Origin: Armatimonadota bacterium
GTDB lineage: Bacteria; Armatimonadota; Zipacnadia; Zipacnadales; UBA5352
Reading direction: 5' to 3'
NCBI GenBank assembly: GCA_034722055.1
Contig: JAYENL010000319.1
Location: 8,785-54,715, forward strand
DNA: 45,931 nt
Position 1 is the first letter of the stretch. Each line of letters opens with the position of its first letter. The notes below the pieces were generated by a model. That model was not told the origin of the DNA. It ran no database searches and worked only from the letters and a program-made list of their open reading frames with translations. A program made the position numbers and the translations under genes. Positions 17,350-27,354 of this stretch are shown in pieces.

Positions 17350-19311
17350 GTGACGGTTCGAGCCATCCTGATCGCAATCGTGCTCTCGGTCGTGTCCGTG
17401 GCCTGGATCCACCAGGCCTCCCTCGTGCAGACCCCCGGCCAGACCATCTACGCCCCCGTGTACCTGGTGTCGGTTCCTCCTGTCCCGGCGCTGATGTTCC
17501 TGGTGGCGCTGGTGGGGCTGCGCCCGCTGCTGGCTCGCCGCGGCGTCACGCGGCCGATCACGCGGCGGGAGATGCTGGCCATCTACGCCTTTCTGGTGAT
17601 CGCCATTCCGCCGGTGACCTTCGGCATCATCGAGCTGATGCTGCCATGGATCACCGTGCCGGTGTACTTCGACAGCCCCTCGTCCCCCACGGCCAAGCTC
17701 GCGGCCCAGATGCCGGGCTGGTACGCGCCGGACAGCACCGAGGTCATCCGCACCATGTACGAGGGCACTGAGACCGAGGCGGTGCCGTGGCGGGAGTGGC
17801 TGCGGCCGCTGGCCTACTGGACGGTGTTCCTGACGATCCTCTACGCCACCGGCCTGTGCCTGGTAAGCCTGTTCCGCAAGCAGTGGTCGGAGTACGAGCG
17901 GCTGCGCTATCCCCTGCTGCTGATCCCCCTGGACATCACCGCCGAGTCCGCGACCACTGAGACGCGCGAGGCGGTTGAGGACTTCTTCCGCAACCCGCTG
18001 GTCTGGGTCGCCGTCGGCCTCGTCACGCTGCACCACGCGCTGAACGTGGCCAACGCCTACAACCCGGCCGTGACCGCATTCAGGGATCGCTACGGTCTGG
18101 CCCCGTTCTTCACCGAGGAGCCCTGGACGCCGTTCCGCAGCCTGACCTTCTTCCATCGCCCGGAGATCATCGGATTCGGCTGGTTTGTGTCCCTGGATGT
18201 GCTGTTCTCGGTGTGGTTCTTCCGGGTGCTGGGTCCACTGTCGCAGAGCCTGGCGACGATTTTCGGCTATCGGGCCGCAGCCGGCTGGCCCTACGTGCAG
18301 GAGCAGGGCACGGGCGCGTTCGTGATGCTGCTGTTGGTGCTGGTGTGGACGGGGCGCCGGCACCTGGGGGAGATGCTCCGGGCCGCGATTGGCAGAGACC
18401 GGGCCTCGCACGAGGACGAGCCCATGCCGCCCGCGTGGGCTGTCTTCGGCATGGTGGGCGGGTTCGTCGCCCTGGTGGGCTGGACCATGACCACGGGGAT
18501 GTCGATGCTCCCGGCGGCGGCTTACATGGCGATCCTGCTGGCCTTCGGACTGGTTTACAGTCGTATCCGGGCCGAGACGGGCGTCCCGACCATGTGGGCC
18601 TATCCCTTCGTGCAGGCGCGCAACACCATGGTCAACGTCATGGGCGGCGACGCCATCACCGGCCCGCACATCGGCAATCTCCTGGGCATATCCGGATTCG
18701 CCTGGCTGGGGCGGGGCTATTTCATGTCGCTGATGGGCTATCAGCTTGAGAACGTGAAGCTGGCCGAGGAGACGGGGCTGGATCGCCGGGGGATGATCTG
18801 GTTGATCATGGCGGCCTTCATCGTCGGCATGCTCGCAGGCTACGTCTTCAATCTGCGCAGCTACTACCAGTTCGGCGCCAACGTCCTCCACGGGGGCACG
18901 ACCGGTGGCGGCTACAACGTCCAGACGGCGGTCACGGAGTGGTCCAACGCCGCGTCCCAGGTGAAGAACCCATCCCTGCCGGACTGGAGCCGCGTTCAGG
19001 GCTCAATCGGCGGCGCCATTCTCACGCTGCTGCTGGTGGTCACCCGCTTCCAGTTCCTGCGCTCCCCCTTCCACCCCATCGGCTACGCTCTGTCGCTGAA
19101 CTACGGCTACTGCCTGTGGGGCCCATTCCTGGCGGTGTGGGTGGTGAAGGCCATCGTCCATAGGCTCGGCGGTGCGCGGTGGTTCCGCCGGGCGATCCCG
19201 TTCTTCCTGGGGTTGGCCTTCGGGGACCTGTTCATCGGCGGGCTGAGCTGGCTGGCGATGTGGATCTTCGGCCCCGAGATCTTCAACGGCTACATGGTGC
19301 AGTTCGGCTGA
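17350..19311 (+). CDS. DUF6785/DUF6784-type large polytopic membrane protein (putative transporter)
   Basis: RKQW...ERLRYPL, RIRAETG, PFHPIGY and PFFLGL..GD motifs; GTG 17350 after GGGAGG. Confidence 0.75.
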   Translation: MTVRAILIAIVLSVVSVAWIHQASLVQTPGQTIYAPVYLVSVPPVPALMFLVALVGLRPLLARRGVTRPITRREMLAIYAFLVIAIPPVTFGIIELMLPWITVPVYFDSPSSPTAKLAAQMPGWYAPDSTEVIRTMYEGTETEAVPWREWLRPLAYWTVFLTILYATGLCLVSLFRKQWSEYERLRYPLLLIPLDITAESATTETREAVEDFFRNPLVWVAVGLVTLHHALNVANAYNPAVTAFRDRYGLAPFFTEEPWTPFRSLTFFHRPEIIGFGWFVSLDVLFSVWFFRVLGPLSQSLATIFGYRAAAGWPYVQEQGTGAFVMLLLVLVWTGRRHLGEMLRAAIGRDRASHEDEPMPPAWAVFGMVGGFVALVGWTMTTGMSMLPAAAYMAILLAFGLVYSRIRAETGVPTMWAYPFVQARNTMVNVMGGDAITGPHIGNLLGISGFAWLGRGYFMSLMGYQLENVKLAEETGLDRRGMIWLIMAAFIVGMLAGYVFNLRSYYQFGANVLHGGTTGGGYNVQTAVTEWSNAASQVKNPSLPDWSRVQGSIGGAILTLLLVVTRFQFLRSPFHPIGYALSLNYGYCLWGPFLAVWVVKAIVHRLGGARWFRRAIPFFLGLAFGDLFIGGLSWLAMWIFGPEIFNGYMVQFG

Positions 19312-19345
19312 CCCCTCGCTTCTTCCGCTCGGGGAGGCATCAGAC

Positions 19346-20632
19346 ATGAAGGTGGCACTGATCGGGGCGGGAAGCGTCGCATTCTCGCGCCGGCTGCTCA
19401 TCGACCTGATGGCGATCGAGGAGGTCACGCCCTCCGAGATCGCCCTCATGGATGTGGCGGAGGAGCGCCTGGAGCTGGTCTCGCGCTACGCGCAACGGCT
19501 CATCCACGAGCGTGATGCTGACACGGACCTGACCGTGACAACCGACAATCGGGAGGCGGTTGCCGGCGCCCGCTACCTGGTGATATCTATCCGCGTGGGC
19601 GGCTATGAGCCGCGCCCGTATGACATCGGCATCCCGCTCAAGTACGGGGTGGACCAGTCCGTCGGCGACACCATCGGCCCCGGCGGCATCTTCCAGGGCC
19701 TGCGCAATGCGCCCGCGCTGCTGGAGATCGCGGACCTGATACGCGAGACGGCGCCGCGGGCGATGATCCTGCAGCACTCCAACCCCATGGCCATCAACTG
19801 CTGGCTGATGAGCGTGGCCGCGCCGGATATCCCGCACTACGGCCTCTGCCACTCCGTGCAGGGCACCTCCAAGCAGCTCGCCCGCTACATGGACGTGCCC
19901 TACGAGGAGCTGGACTGCTGGGTGGCCGGCATCAACCACATGGCCTGGTTCCTGCGCCTGGAGCGCGACGGCCAGGACCTCTACCCCCTGCTGCGCGAGC
20001 GCATGAGGGATCCGGAGATCTTCGCCAAGGATACCGTGCGCTTCGAGATCCTGCGACACTTCGGGTACTTCGTCACCGAGAGCACCGCTCACATGAGCGA
20101 GTACACTCCATGGTTCCGCGACCGCCCGGAGATCATGGCCCGTTTCGGCCTCAAGCCGCGCGACATGAATCGCATGACCGGTCGCTGGGAGACGCTTGCC
20201 GACCGCCTCGAGCGCGAGCTGGCCGCCGACGAGCCGCTGCCCGCCACCCGCAGCCACGAGTACACCACCATGATCATGGAGGCCATGGAGACCGATACGC
20301 CGACGCAGGTGAACGTCTCGGTCCCGAACACGGGGCTCATCACGAATCTGCCCGAGGGCTGCGCGGTCGAGGTCCCGTGCATGGTGGATCGCCGCGGGGT
20401 GCACCCCTGCCACGTTGGGGACCTGCCGCCGCAACTCGCGGCGCTCAACGAGAGCAACGTGCGCTCGCAGGAGCTGGCGGTGACCGCTGCGCTGGAGGGT
20501 GATCGCGACGCGCTGTATCAGTCGATCATGCTGGATCCGCTGACCTCTGCAGTGCTCTCGCTCCGGGAGATCCGACAGATGGTGGACGAGATGCTCCAGG
20601 CGCAGAAGCGCTGGCTGCCGCAGTTCGACTGA
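19346..20632 (+). CDS. melA: Family 4 glycoside hydrolase (NAD+-dependent alpha-galactosidase/glucosidase)
   Basis: IGAGS, DTIGPGG, NP, GLCHSVQ, AGINHMAW, TES..H.SEY and VEVPC motifs. Confidence 0.9.
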   Translation: MKVALIGAGSVAFSRRLLIDLMAIEEVTPSEIALMDVAEERLELVSRYAQRLIHERDADTDLTVTTDNREAVAGARYLVISIRVGGYEPRPYDIGIPLKYGVDQSVGDTIGPGGIFQGLRNAPALLEIADLIRETAPRAMILQHSNPMAINCWLMSVAAPDIPHYGLCHSVQGTSKQLARYMDVPYEELDCWVAGINHMAWFLRLERDGQDLYPLLRERMRDPEIFAKDTVRFEILRHFGYFVTESTAHMSEYTPWFRDRPEIMARFGLKPRDMNRMTGRWETLADRLERELAADEPLPATRSHEYTTMIMEAMETDTPTQVNVSVPNTGLITNLPEGCAVEVPCMVDRRGVHPCHVGDLPPQLAALNESNVRSQELAVTAALEGDRDALYQSIMLDPLTSAVLSLREIRQMVDEMLQAQKRWLPQFD

Positions 20633-20756
20633 CAGGCGCTGCGTGAAGCACAGGTTCGGCGGCGAATCGCGGAACATGCGACCGGTGCGGAAGGAGTGAC
20701 CTGTGCCGTCGGGGAAGACTCGGCCGCGTACAGGACGGACCTGGGAGGGGATCATC

Positions 20757-21809
20757 GTGAGTGACCACCAGACCTGCGCAGGCGTTGTCTTCACCAGGCC
20801 GCTCCATGCCGAGGTGCATGAGGACGTCCCCATGCCGCAGATGGACGAGGCCGGGGCGCTCACCCGCACCATCTTCAGCACCATCTCGCGCGGCACCGAG
20901 CTTGACCTCTACACTGGCCAGTTCCACAGCCGCCGGGCCGGGACGCAGTGGTATCCCATGCTCCCCGGCTACATCCCGGTGGGCGAGGTGCTGGAGGTGG
21001 GCGACGAGGTGGATCACATCCGGCCCGGTGACCACGTGGTGGGCTCGAACCTCTTCGGCGACTGGGCAGGCGACTACTGCGTGGCGTGGGCGGGGCACCT
21101 TGAGCAGGTGGTCTACTCGAAGGACTCCCACTCGGGCCTGGCCGCGGAGCGGGCCGTGAAGGTCCCCGAGGGCGTGCCGCTGGAGCACGCCGGCGTCTCG
21201 CTGCTGGGCGCCATCGCCTACCACGGCGTGCAGTACAAGGTGCGGCCTGAGGAGGGCGAGACGGTCTTCGTCATCGGCCAGGGTGCCATCGGCTCCATGG
21301 CGGCGCAACTGTGCAAGGTGCGGGGCGCGCGGGTCATCGTGGCGGACCTGTGCCAGAATCGCCTCGACGTGGCGCAGCGGTGGGGCGCGGATGCCACCAT
21401 CAACGCCTCCGAGACCGACATGTGGGAGGAGCTGTCGTCGCTCTGCGACGGCTCCCAGCCCCAGGCCATCATTGAGGTCACGGGCGAGCCGGAGCTGCTG
21501 GATGAGGCCCTGCACCGGGCCCCGGCCTACTGCCGCATCCACGCCCAGGGGATGTACCTGGAGCCGCTCTCCCTCTACATCCCTGAGACGCTCTTCGGCC
21601 GGCAGCTCACCCTCTCGGCGACCTGCGGGGAGCGGCCGGAGATGGTGCGGGCGGTGCTGGAGCTGATGGCGGAGGGTGAGGTGGTGGTGGATCACCTCGT
21701 CTCCGACACCATGCCCGCGAGCCAGGCCACCGAGGCCTACGAGCGGGTCCACGAGAATCCCGACGAGGTGGTGACCCTCGCGCTGGACTGGCGGGAGGTG
21801 GGACACTGA
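20757..21809 (+). CDS. MDR-family (zinc-binding-type) dehydrogenase
   Basis: ISRGTEL, PGY..VGEV and IGQGAIG motifs; GGGAGGGG RBS before GTG. Confidence 0.85.
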   Translation: MSDHQTCAGVVFTRPLHAEVHEDVPMPQMDEAGALTRTIFSTISRGTELDLYTGQFHSRRAGTQWYPMLPGYIPVGEVLEVGDEVDHIRPGDHVVGSNLFGDWAGDYCVAWAGHLEQVVYSKDSHSGLAAERAVKVPEGVPLEHAGVSLLGAIAYHGVQYKVRPEEGETVFVIGQGAIGSMAAQLCKVRGARVIVADLCQNRLDVAQRWGADATINASETDMWEELSSLCDGSQPQAIIEVTGEPELLDEALHRAPAYCRIHAQGMYLEPLSLYIPETLFGRQLTLSATCGERPEMVRAVLELMAEGEVVVDHLVSDTMPASQATEAYERVHENPDEVVTLALDWREVGH

Positions 21810-21853
21810 CCCGGCGGTCTCGGTCGTAGCATGTCGAGAAGGAATTGATCCTG

Positions 21854-22678
21854 ATGCCCGAGGGCGATGTGAAGTTCGCGTGCGCCGCGTGGGGGTTCCG
21901 CGAGATGTCCCTGCCGGAGTACTTCCAGGCTGCAAAGCGCCTGGGGCTGGACTACGTGGAGGTGAACGTCAGCCCCAGCACCCCCAAGCACCTCACCACC
22001 GACGCGATCGATGCCCAGGTCGAGGAGATGGTCCGCCAGGCCTCCGACACAGGCGTCACGGTCGTGGCCCTGGCGGGCGGCAACAACTTCGCGGCCGAGG
22101 ACCTGGCCTCTGAGATCGCCAGCGTCAAGCGGCAGATCGACATGACTGCCATGGCCCGGGCCCAGGTGCTGCGCATCTTCGCCGGCTGGATCGGCCCCTC
22201 GCAGTTCACCGACGAGACCTTCCACCGAATCTCCGGCGCCATGGAGGAGGTCGGGGAGTACGGCGCCGAGCAGGGGGTGATGGTGGCGGTGGAGAACCAC
22301 GGGGGCATCACGGCCACCGGCGCGCAGTGCCGGCGGCTGCTGGCGGAGGCCGCCGCGGGGATCCCCGTGACCCGGGTGAACAAGCCGCTGGGGCTCAACT
22401 ACGATCCGGCCAACTTCCGCCATGCCGGGGAGGACGCCCTGGCGGCGCTGATGGTGGCCGGCGATCTGATCAACTACTCGCACTGGAAGGACGTCCGCTA
22501 CGAGGGCGACGAGCCACAGTACTGCGCCGTCGGCGAGGGCGTCATCGACTGGGCGCCGATCGTTGAGATGCTGCTGCGCAGCGACTTCGACGGCTACTGG
22601 GCCATCGAGTATGAAGAGCCCTCGGACGTCGAGCGCGGCACGCGCGAGAGCCTGGAGCACCTGCGCGGGCTGCTGTAG
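21854..22678 (+). CDS. Sugar phosphate isomerase/epimerase (AP endonuclease 2 TIM barrel)
   Basis: VENHGG, NYDPAN, HWKD, GEGVIDW and IEYE motifs; start could be TTG 21845. Confidence 0.88.
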   Translation: MPEGDVKFACAAWGFREMSLPEYFQAAKRLGLDYVEVNVSPSTPKHLTTDAIDAQVEEMVRQASDTGVTVVALAGGNNFAAEDLASEIASVKRQIDMTAMARAQVLRIFAGWIGPSQFTDETFHRISGAMEEVGEYGAEQGVMVAVENHGGITATGAQCRRLLAEAAAGIPVTRVNKPLGLNYDPANFRHAGEDALAALMVAGDLINYSHWKDVRYEGDEPQYCAVGEGVIDWAPIVEMLLRSDFDGYWAIEYEEPSDVERGTRESLEHLRGLL

Positions 22679-22786
22679 CGGCAGGCGCCGCTCGCGGAGT
22701 AGACGGGGCAGGTGTGATAGGCGCCTGTCGCGAATAGGCTTTACGTGTAGCCACTCGGTTCGTGACCCTTGAGAGGGGGGCTCAGC

Positions 22787-23299
22787 GTGCCTCCGCGATA
22801 CGTGAAGACGGTGGAGGATGTGATCCACTACTATTACTCGCGCCTCGTCATCGCTCCATCAGCGGGCCTGGGAGGGAACTGGGGGTTCATCACCCACACC
22901 TTCAAGCGGTTGAAGTCCGGCGAGATCTCCATGTCGGACTACGACCGCGAAGTGCAGAAGCAGATGGAGGAGTTGCCGGAGCAGTGTGTTTACTGCGGCG
23001 CTGAGGGCCCACTGACGCGCGACCACGTTATCCCCATCAAGTGCCGAGGCCCCAACGCGCCGCACAACTGTGTCTACGTCTGCAAGCAGTGCAACTCCTC
23101 AAAGGGGATCTGCGACGTGGTGGACTGGTGGGTCAACCACGTGGGTAATGACCTGAGCGATCTTCCCCGACTGGTCGCAGGCATTTACCTCAAGTTCTGC
23201 TACGATGCCCACAAGATGGAGGGTACCCTGGACCGAATGTGCAATGAGCTGGCCGGCCTGTGGCCCTACGGGCCCTCGGCGGTCGGTGGCCGCGACTGA
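22787..23299 (+). CDS. HNH endonuclease
   Basis: CVYCG...DHVIP...N..HN....CKQCNSSKG; GAGGGGG RBS before GTG 22787. Confidence 0.85.
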   Translation: MPPRYVKTVEDVIHYYYSRLVIAPSAGLGGNWGFITHTFKRLKSGEISMSDYDREVQKQMEELPEQCVYCGAEGPLTRDHVIPIKCRGPNAPHNCVYVCKQCNSSKGICDVVDWWVNHVGNDLSDLPRLVAGIYLKFCYDAHKMEGTLDRMCNELAGLWPYGPSAVGGRD

Positions 23300-23568
23300 A
23301 CGCGATGCTCTCTCGCGTCATCGGACCATGAAGCTGTGCGTCCACTCGGGCCGGCGGTGATGATGATCGCCGGCCTGGATCACCTATTGGGGCCGGTGGC
23401 TGAGGGGCAGCAGAGCCAGTGTCCGAAGCCATCTATGGTGGCTCCCTCCGTCGTCTCGCAGGTCCCCCTCTCCGCTCGCGCGAAATACCAATCCACCCCA
23501 GGTGCCTGGCGGCCTTGTGGGTTCGCATTGCAGGTGGGGCTGATAGCCGGACAGATAAGGAGGCGCGG

Positions 23569-24675
23569 ATGACCGAGGAGACACGCTGTCCGGGAGTCTA
23601 CATCGCCGGGACCAGCCAGCACAGCGGCAAGACGCTGGTGTCGCTGGGGCTGGTGGCCGCCCTGCGTGAGCGGGGCCTGGATGTCCGGTATATGAAGCCG
23701 GTGGGCCAGCGCACCGTGCAGGTCAACGGGGCGCACGTTGACGAGGACGTCATCCTCATCAACACCGTCTACGGTCTCGACACACATCCCGTGGACTGCA
23801 ACCCCATCACCATTCCGTCGGGCTTCACCACCGAGTTCGTCCGGGAGGGCAAGTCGCGAGAGCCGCTGATCGATCGCATCCTTGAGGCCTACAGCCGGGT
23901 GTCCCATGGCGCCGATCTGATGATCGTGGAGGGCACAGGGCATGCGGGCGTGGGCTCCGTCGTCGGGATGGGCAACGCCCAGGTGGCGGCGATCCTGGAC
24001 GCCGGTGCCATGATTGTGACAGGGGGCGGCCTGGGGCGGCCCATCGACGAGTTCGTCCTCAATCAGGCCATGTTCGACCGCGAGGGCTGCCGGGTTATCG
24101 GCATGGTCGCCAACAAGTTCCTGCCCGAGAAGATCGATGAGCTCAAGCCGCTGCTGGCCGACTGGCTGAGCGGTCGAGAGCAGCGCCTGCTGGGCGTGAT
24201 CCCCTACGCACCTATCCTCACCGAGCTGACGATCCGTCAGATCGCGGCGGAGACCGGGGCCGAGGTGATACACGGGGAGCGCTTTCTCGACCGTCGCATC
24301 TCCGACTGCATCATCGGCGCCCAGCACTCCCACCGGCTGCTGCAGTCCCTGGAGCCGGGCGTGCTGGCGATCATCCCCGGCGACCGGGATGACCTCATCC
24401 TGGCGGCGGTCAGCTCCGAGGAGCTATCGTCGGAGACCGCCGGCACCATCGGCATCTGCATCACCGGCGGGATCATGCCCCACCACACGGTCATGCGACT
24501 CATCGAGCGCAGCCAGGCCCCGGTCATCGCCATCCGCCGCGGCACCTACGACGTGGCCAGCGAGATCTCCGACGTGGTCGGGAAGATGATGCCCAGCGAT
24601 ACCGAGAAGATCGACACCGGCCAGCGGCTGGTGAGGGATGCCGTGGACATCGACGCCCTGCTCCATGCCCTATAG
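23569..24675 (+). CDS. BioD-like P-loop + DRTGG domain protein (phosphotransacetylase N-terminal-like)
   Basis: HSGKT, YMKPVG, VEGTGH and PGDRDD...ITGG motifs; AAGGAGG RBS; no PTA_PTB catalytic domain. Confidence 0.85.
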   Translation: MTEETRCPGVYIAGTSQHSGKTLVSLGLVAALRERGLDVRYMKPVGQRTVQVNGAHVDEDVILINTVYGLDTHPVDCNPITIPSGFTTEFVREGKSREPLIDRILEAYSRVSHGADLMIVEGTGHAGVGSVVGMGNAQVAAILDAGAMIVTGGGLGRPIDEFVLNQAMFDREGCRVIGMVANKFLPEKIDELKPLLADWLSGREQRLLGVIPYAPILTELTIRQIAAETGAEVIHGERFLDRRISDCIIGAQHSHRLLQSLEPGVLAIIPGDRDDLILAAVSSEELSSETAGTIGICITGGIMPHHTVMRLIERSQAPVIAIRRGTYDVASEISDVVGKMMPSDTEKIDTGQRLVRDAVDIDALLHAL

Positions 24676-24765
24676 CATCGCGGACCACAGAATCGCGGAG
24701 GCGCCTTCAACACATCCTCTGCAGGCCGCGACGCCACGCGGCCGGAGTGCCTCAGAGCCCGAGGG

Positions 24766-26472
24766 GTGACGGCCTTGCCCAGCGACATTCAGATATCCCA
24801 GCAGGCCCGGATGAAGCCGATCATCGAGATCGCCCAGGAGGCCGGAGTGCTCCGCGAGGAGCTGGAGCCCTACGGCGACTACATGGCGAAGGTCACACTC
24901 GGCCTGCTCGACAGGCTCGAGCAGGCGCCGGACGGGAAGCTGATCCTCGTCACGGCTGTCACGCCCACACCGCTGGGCGAGGGCAAGACCGTCACCACCA
25001 TCGGCCTGGCGCAGGCGCTGCGGCACATCGGCGAGGATGCCATCGTCACCCTCCGCGAGCCGTCCATGGGGCCGACCTTCGGGATCAAAGGCGGGGCAAC
25101 CGGCGGCGGCCATGCCCAGGTGGTGCCGATGGAGGAGATCAACCTCCACTTCACCGGCGACATGCACGCCGTGGCAGCGGCCAACAACCTCCTGGCGGCC
25201 ATGATCGACGGGCACCTGTGGCACGGCAATCCGCTCGACATCGATCCCCTCACCATCTCCTGGAGTCGCAACGTGGACATGAGCGACGTGGCCCTGCGGC
25301 ACATGGTCATCGGCCTTGGCGGCAGGCGCGGCGGCATCCCGCGCGAGGCGGAGTTCGAGATCACCGCGGCCTCGGAGGTCATGGCCATCCTGTCGCTGAC
25401 CAGCGGTCTGCAGGACGTGCGCGAGCGGCTGGGCCGCATCCGGGTGGCGATGACCCGGGATGGGGCGCCCGTTACAGCCGAGGATCTCCACGCCGCCGGT
25501 GCCATGGCGGCGTTGATGAGGAATGCGGTCAAGCCCAACCTGGTGCAGACGCTGGAGGGCGGTCCGGCCCTTGTGCACGCGGGGCCCTTCGCGAACATCG
25601 CGGTTGGCAGCAACTCCATCCTCGCCGACCGCATGGCACTGAAGCTGGCGGACTACGTCACGACGGAGGCCGGCTTCGGTGCCGACTGCGGAGCGGAGAA
25701 GTTCTTCAACATCAAGTGCCGGCTGGCCGGATATCAGCCGGCCGCGGCGGTGATCGTGGCCACGGTGCGGGCGCTGCAGCTTCACGGGGGCGCCTTCGAG
25801 TTCCGCCCCGGAACCCGGCCGCCGGAGGAGGAGTTCGAGAGGGAGAACGTTGAGGCCGTGGTGGCCGGCGCCGAGAACCTCGCCAAGCAGATCGAGAACA
25901 TCCACCTCTTCGGCGTGCCCGCCGTGGTGGCCGTGAACCGCTTTCCCACCGACACCGACGCGGAGGTGGCGGCGGTGCGGGAGGCCGCGATGCAGGCCGG
26001 CGCTGAGGCGGCGGTGGTGAGCAACGTGTGGGCCGAGGGCGGCGCGGGAGGCGCTGCCCTCGCTGAGGCCGTCCTGGAGGTGGCCGACACGCCGAGCGAC
26101 TTCCGCTTCCTCTATCCGCTGGACGCGCCGATCACGGAGAAGATCGAGATCATCTGCACCAGGATCTACGGCGCCGACGGTGTGCAGTACTCGCCCAAGG
26201 CCAGGCGGAGGATCCGCGACTTCGAGGAGCAAGGGCTGGGGGAGCTGCCTATCTGCATGGCGAAGACCCAACTGTCGCTGAGTCACGATCCGGATCTCAA
26301 GGGGCGGCCCACGGGCTTCACGGTGCCCATCGAGGACATCCGGGCCTCCGTCGGCGCGGGATTCCTGTATCCCATGTGCGGCAGCATCCGCACCATGCCG
26401 GGCCTGCCGACCCGCCCGGCCGCCGCGGACGTGGACATCGACGAGGACGGGAGGATCGTGGGATTGTTCTGA
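24766..26472 (+). CDS. fhs: Formate--tetrahydrofolate ligase
   Basis: TPTPLGEGKT, GIKGGATGGG, INLHFTGD, GPFANIA, TEAGFGAD, CMAKT and TMPGLP motifs. Confidence 0.97.
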   Translation: MTALPSDIQISQQARMKPIIEIAQEAGVLREELEPYGDYMAKVTLGLLDRLEQAPDGKLILVTAVTPTPLGEGKTVTTIGLAQALRHIGEDAIVTLREPSMGPTFGIKGGATGGGHAQVVPMEEINLHFTGDMHAVAAANNLLAAMIDGHLWHGNPLDIDPLTISWSRNVDMSDVALRHMVIGLGGRRGGIPREAEFEITAASEVMAILSLTSGLQDVRERLGRIRVAMTRDGAPVTAEDLHAAGAMAALMRNAVKPNLVQTLEGGPALVHAGPFANIAVGSNSILADRMALKLADYVTTEAGFGADCGAEKFFNIKCRLAGYQPAAAVIVATVRALQLHGGAFEFRPGTRPPEEEFERENVEAVVAGAENLAKQIENIHLFGVPAVVAVNRFPTDTDAEVAAVREAAMQAGAEAAVVSNVWAEGGAGGAALAEAVLEVADTPSDFRFLYPLDAPITEKIEIICTRIYGADGVQYSPKARRRIRDFEEQGLGELPICMAKTQLSLSHDPDLKGRPTGFTVPIEDIRASVGAGFLYPMCGSIRTMPGLPTRPAAADVDIDEDGRIVGLF

Positions 26473-26531
26473 TGCCCCCTGGATCGTCGCTGCCGTCGGA
26501 GGGGCCGTCCTGAGGAGGGCCCTAAGGCCCG

Positions 26532-26597
26532 ACGAAGTCGGCCCGCCTCCCGGCCCCCAGGGATCGGGCCGACTTCGTGCGACTGCCAGGCAGTCGC
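26532..26597. repeat. Tandem intergenic hairpins (REP-like)
   Basis: 14-bp IR ACGAAGTCGGCCCG 26532-26545/26565-26578, then the palindrome GCGACTGCC-A-GGCAGTCGC 26579-26597. Confidence 0.6.
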
Positions 26598-26645
26598 CCT
26601 CAGGCCGCCTCGCCACCGAACCGGACAATCACGGAGTGTCTCACC

Positions 26646-27290
26646 ATGTCCGACACACACATGCCCGACCTGACCATCCGCGACTACGTCGAGCGGCTCG
26701 CCGGCGATGATCCCGCGCCGGGGGGAGGCAGCGCGGCCGCGCTCGCCGGCGCGCTGGCCGCCGCCTCGGCGCGCATGGTCGGCAGCTTTACCGTCGGCAA
26801 GAAGAAGTACGCCCAGGTCGAGGATGAGATCCGCGAGCACCTGGCGGTTATCGATGAGCTTCGCGCTGAGATGCTGGAGCTCGTGCAGCAGGACGTGGAG
26901 GCCTTCAGCGCCGTGGGCGAGGCCTATGCGATGCCCAGGGACACCGACGAGCAGAAGGAGGCCCGGAGCCAGGCCATCCAGCAGGCTCTGATGCAGGCGG
27001 CCGACGTGCCGCTGCGGCTGGCGCAAGCCTGCCATCGCCTGTCCGAGCATCTGCCGCCGCTGCTGGAGAAGGGCAACCAGAACCTGGTCAGCGACGTGGG
27101 CGTGGCGGCGAAGCTGTGCCAGGCGGCGTGCGAGTGTGCCTGGCTGAACGTGGAGGTCAATCTGGCCTACCTCAAGGATGAGGCCTTCATCGAGCGCACG
27201 CGCGCGCAGATCGAGGACCTGCTGACCGGCGTCCGCTGCACCTGCCGGGAGGTCTGGGAGGGCACGGCGGCCACGATCCGCGGCGAGTAG
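26646..27290 (+). CDS. fchA: Methenyl-THF cyclohydrolase (FTCD C-terminal/cyclodeaminase family)
   Basis: PAPGGGSAAAL, D..AF, GNQNLVSD and NVEVNL motifs; lies between fhs and folD. Confidence 0.88.
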   Translation: MSDTHMPDLTIRDYVERLAGDDPAPGGGSAAALAGALAAASARMVGSFTVGKKKYAQVEDEIREHLAVIDELRAEMLELVQQDVEAFSAVGEAYAMPRDTDEQKEARSQAIQQALMQAADVPLRLAQACHRLSEHLPPLLEKGNQNLVSDVGVAAKLCQAACECAWLNVEVNLAYLKDEAFIERTRAQIEDLLTGVRCTCREVWEGTAATIRGE

Positions 27291-27354
27291 CCGGCTGGCC
27301 GCAGTCGTGCCGTGTCGTCCAAGCAGCCGCATCACCGTGCGGAAGGAGCTACCG

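Noticed and set aside
23300..23568. ZTP or THF riboswitch upstream of the folate cluster, or a small ORF
   Set aside because: Conserved cores not found; only a generic hairpin and ORFs without coding character
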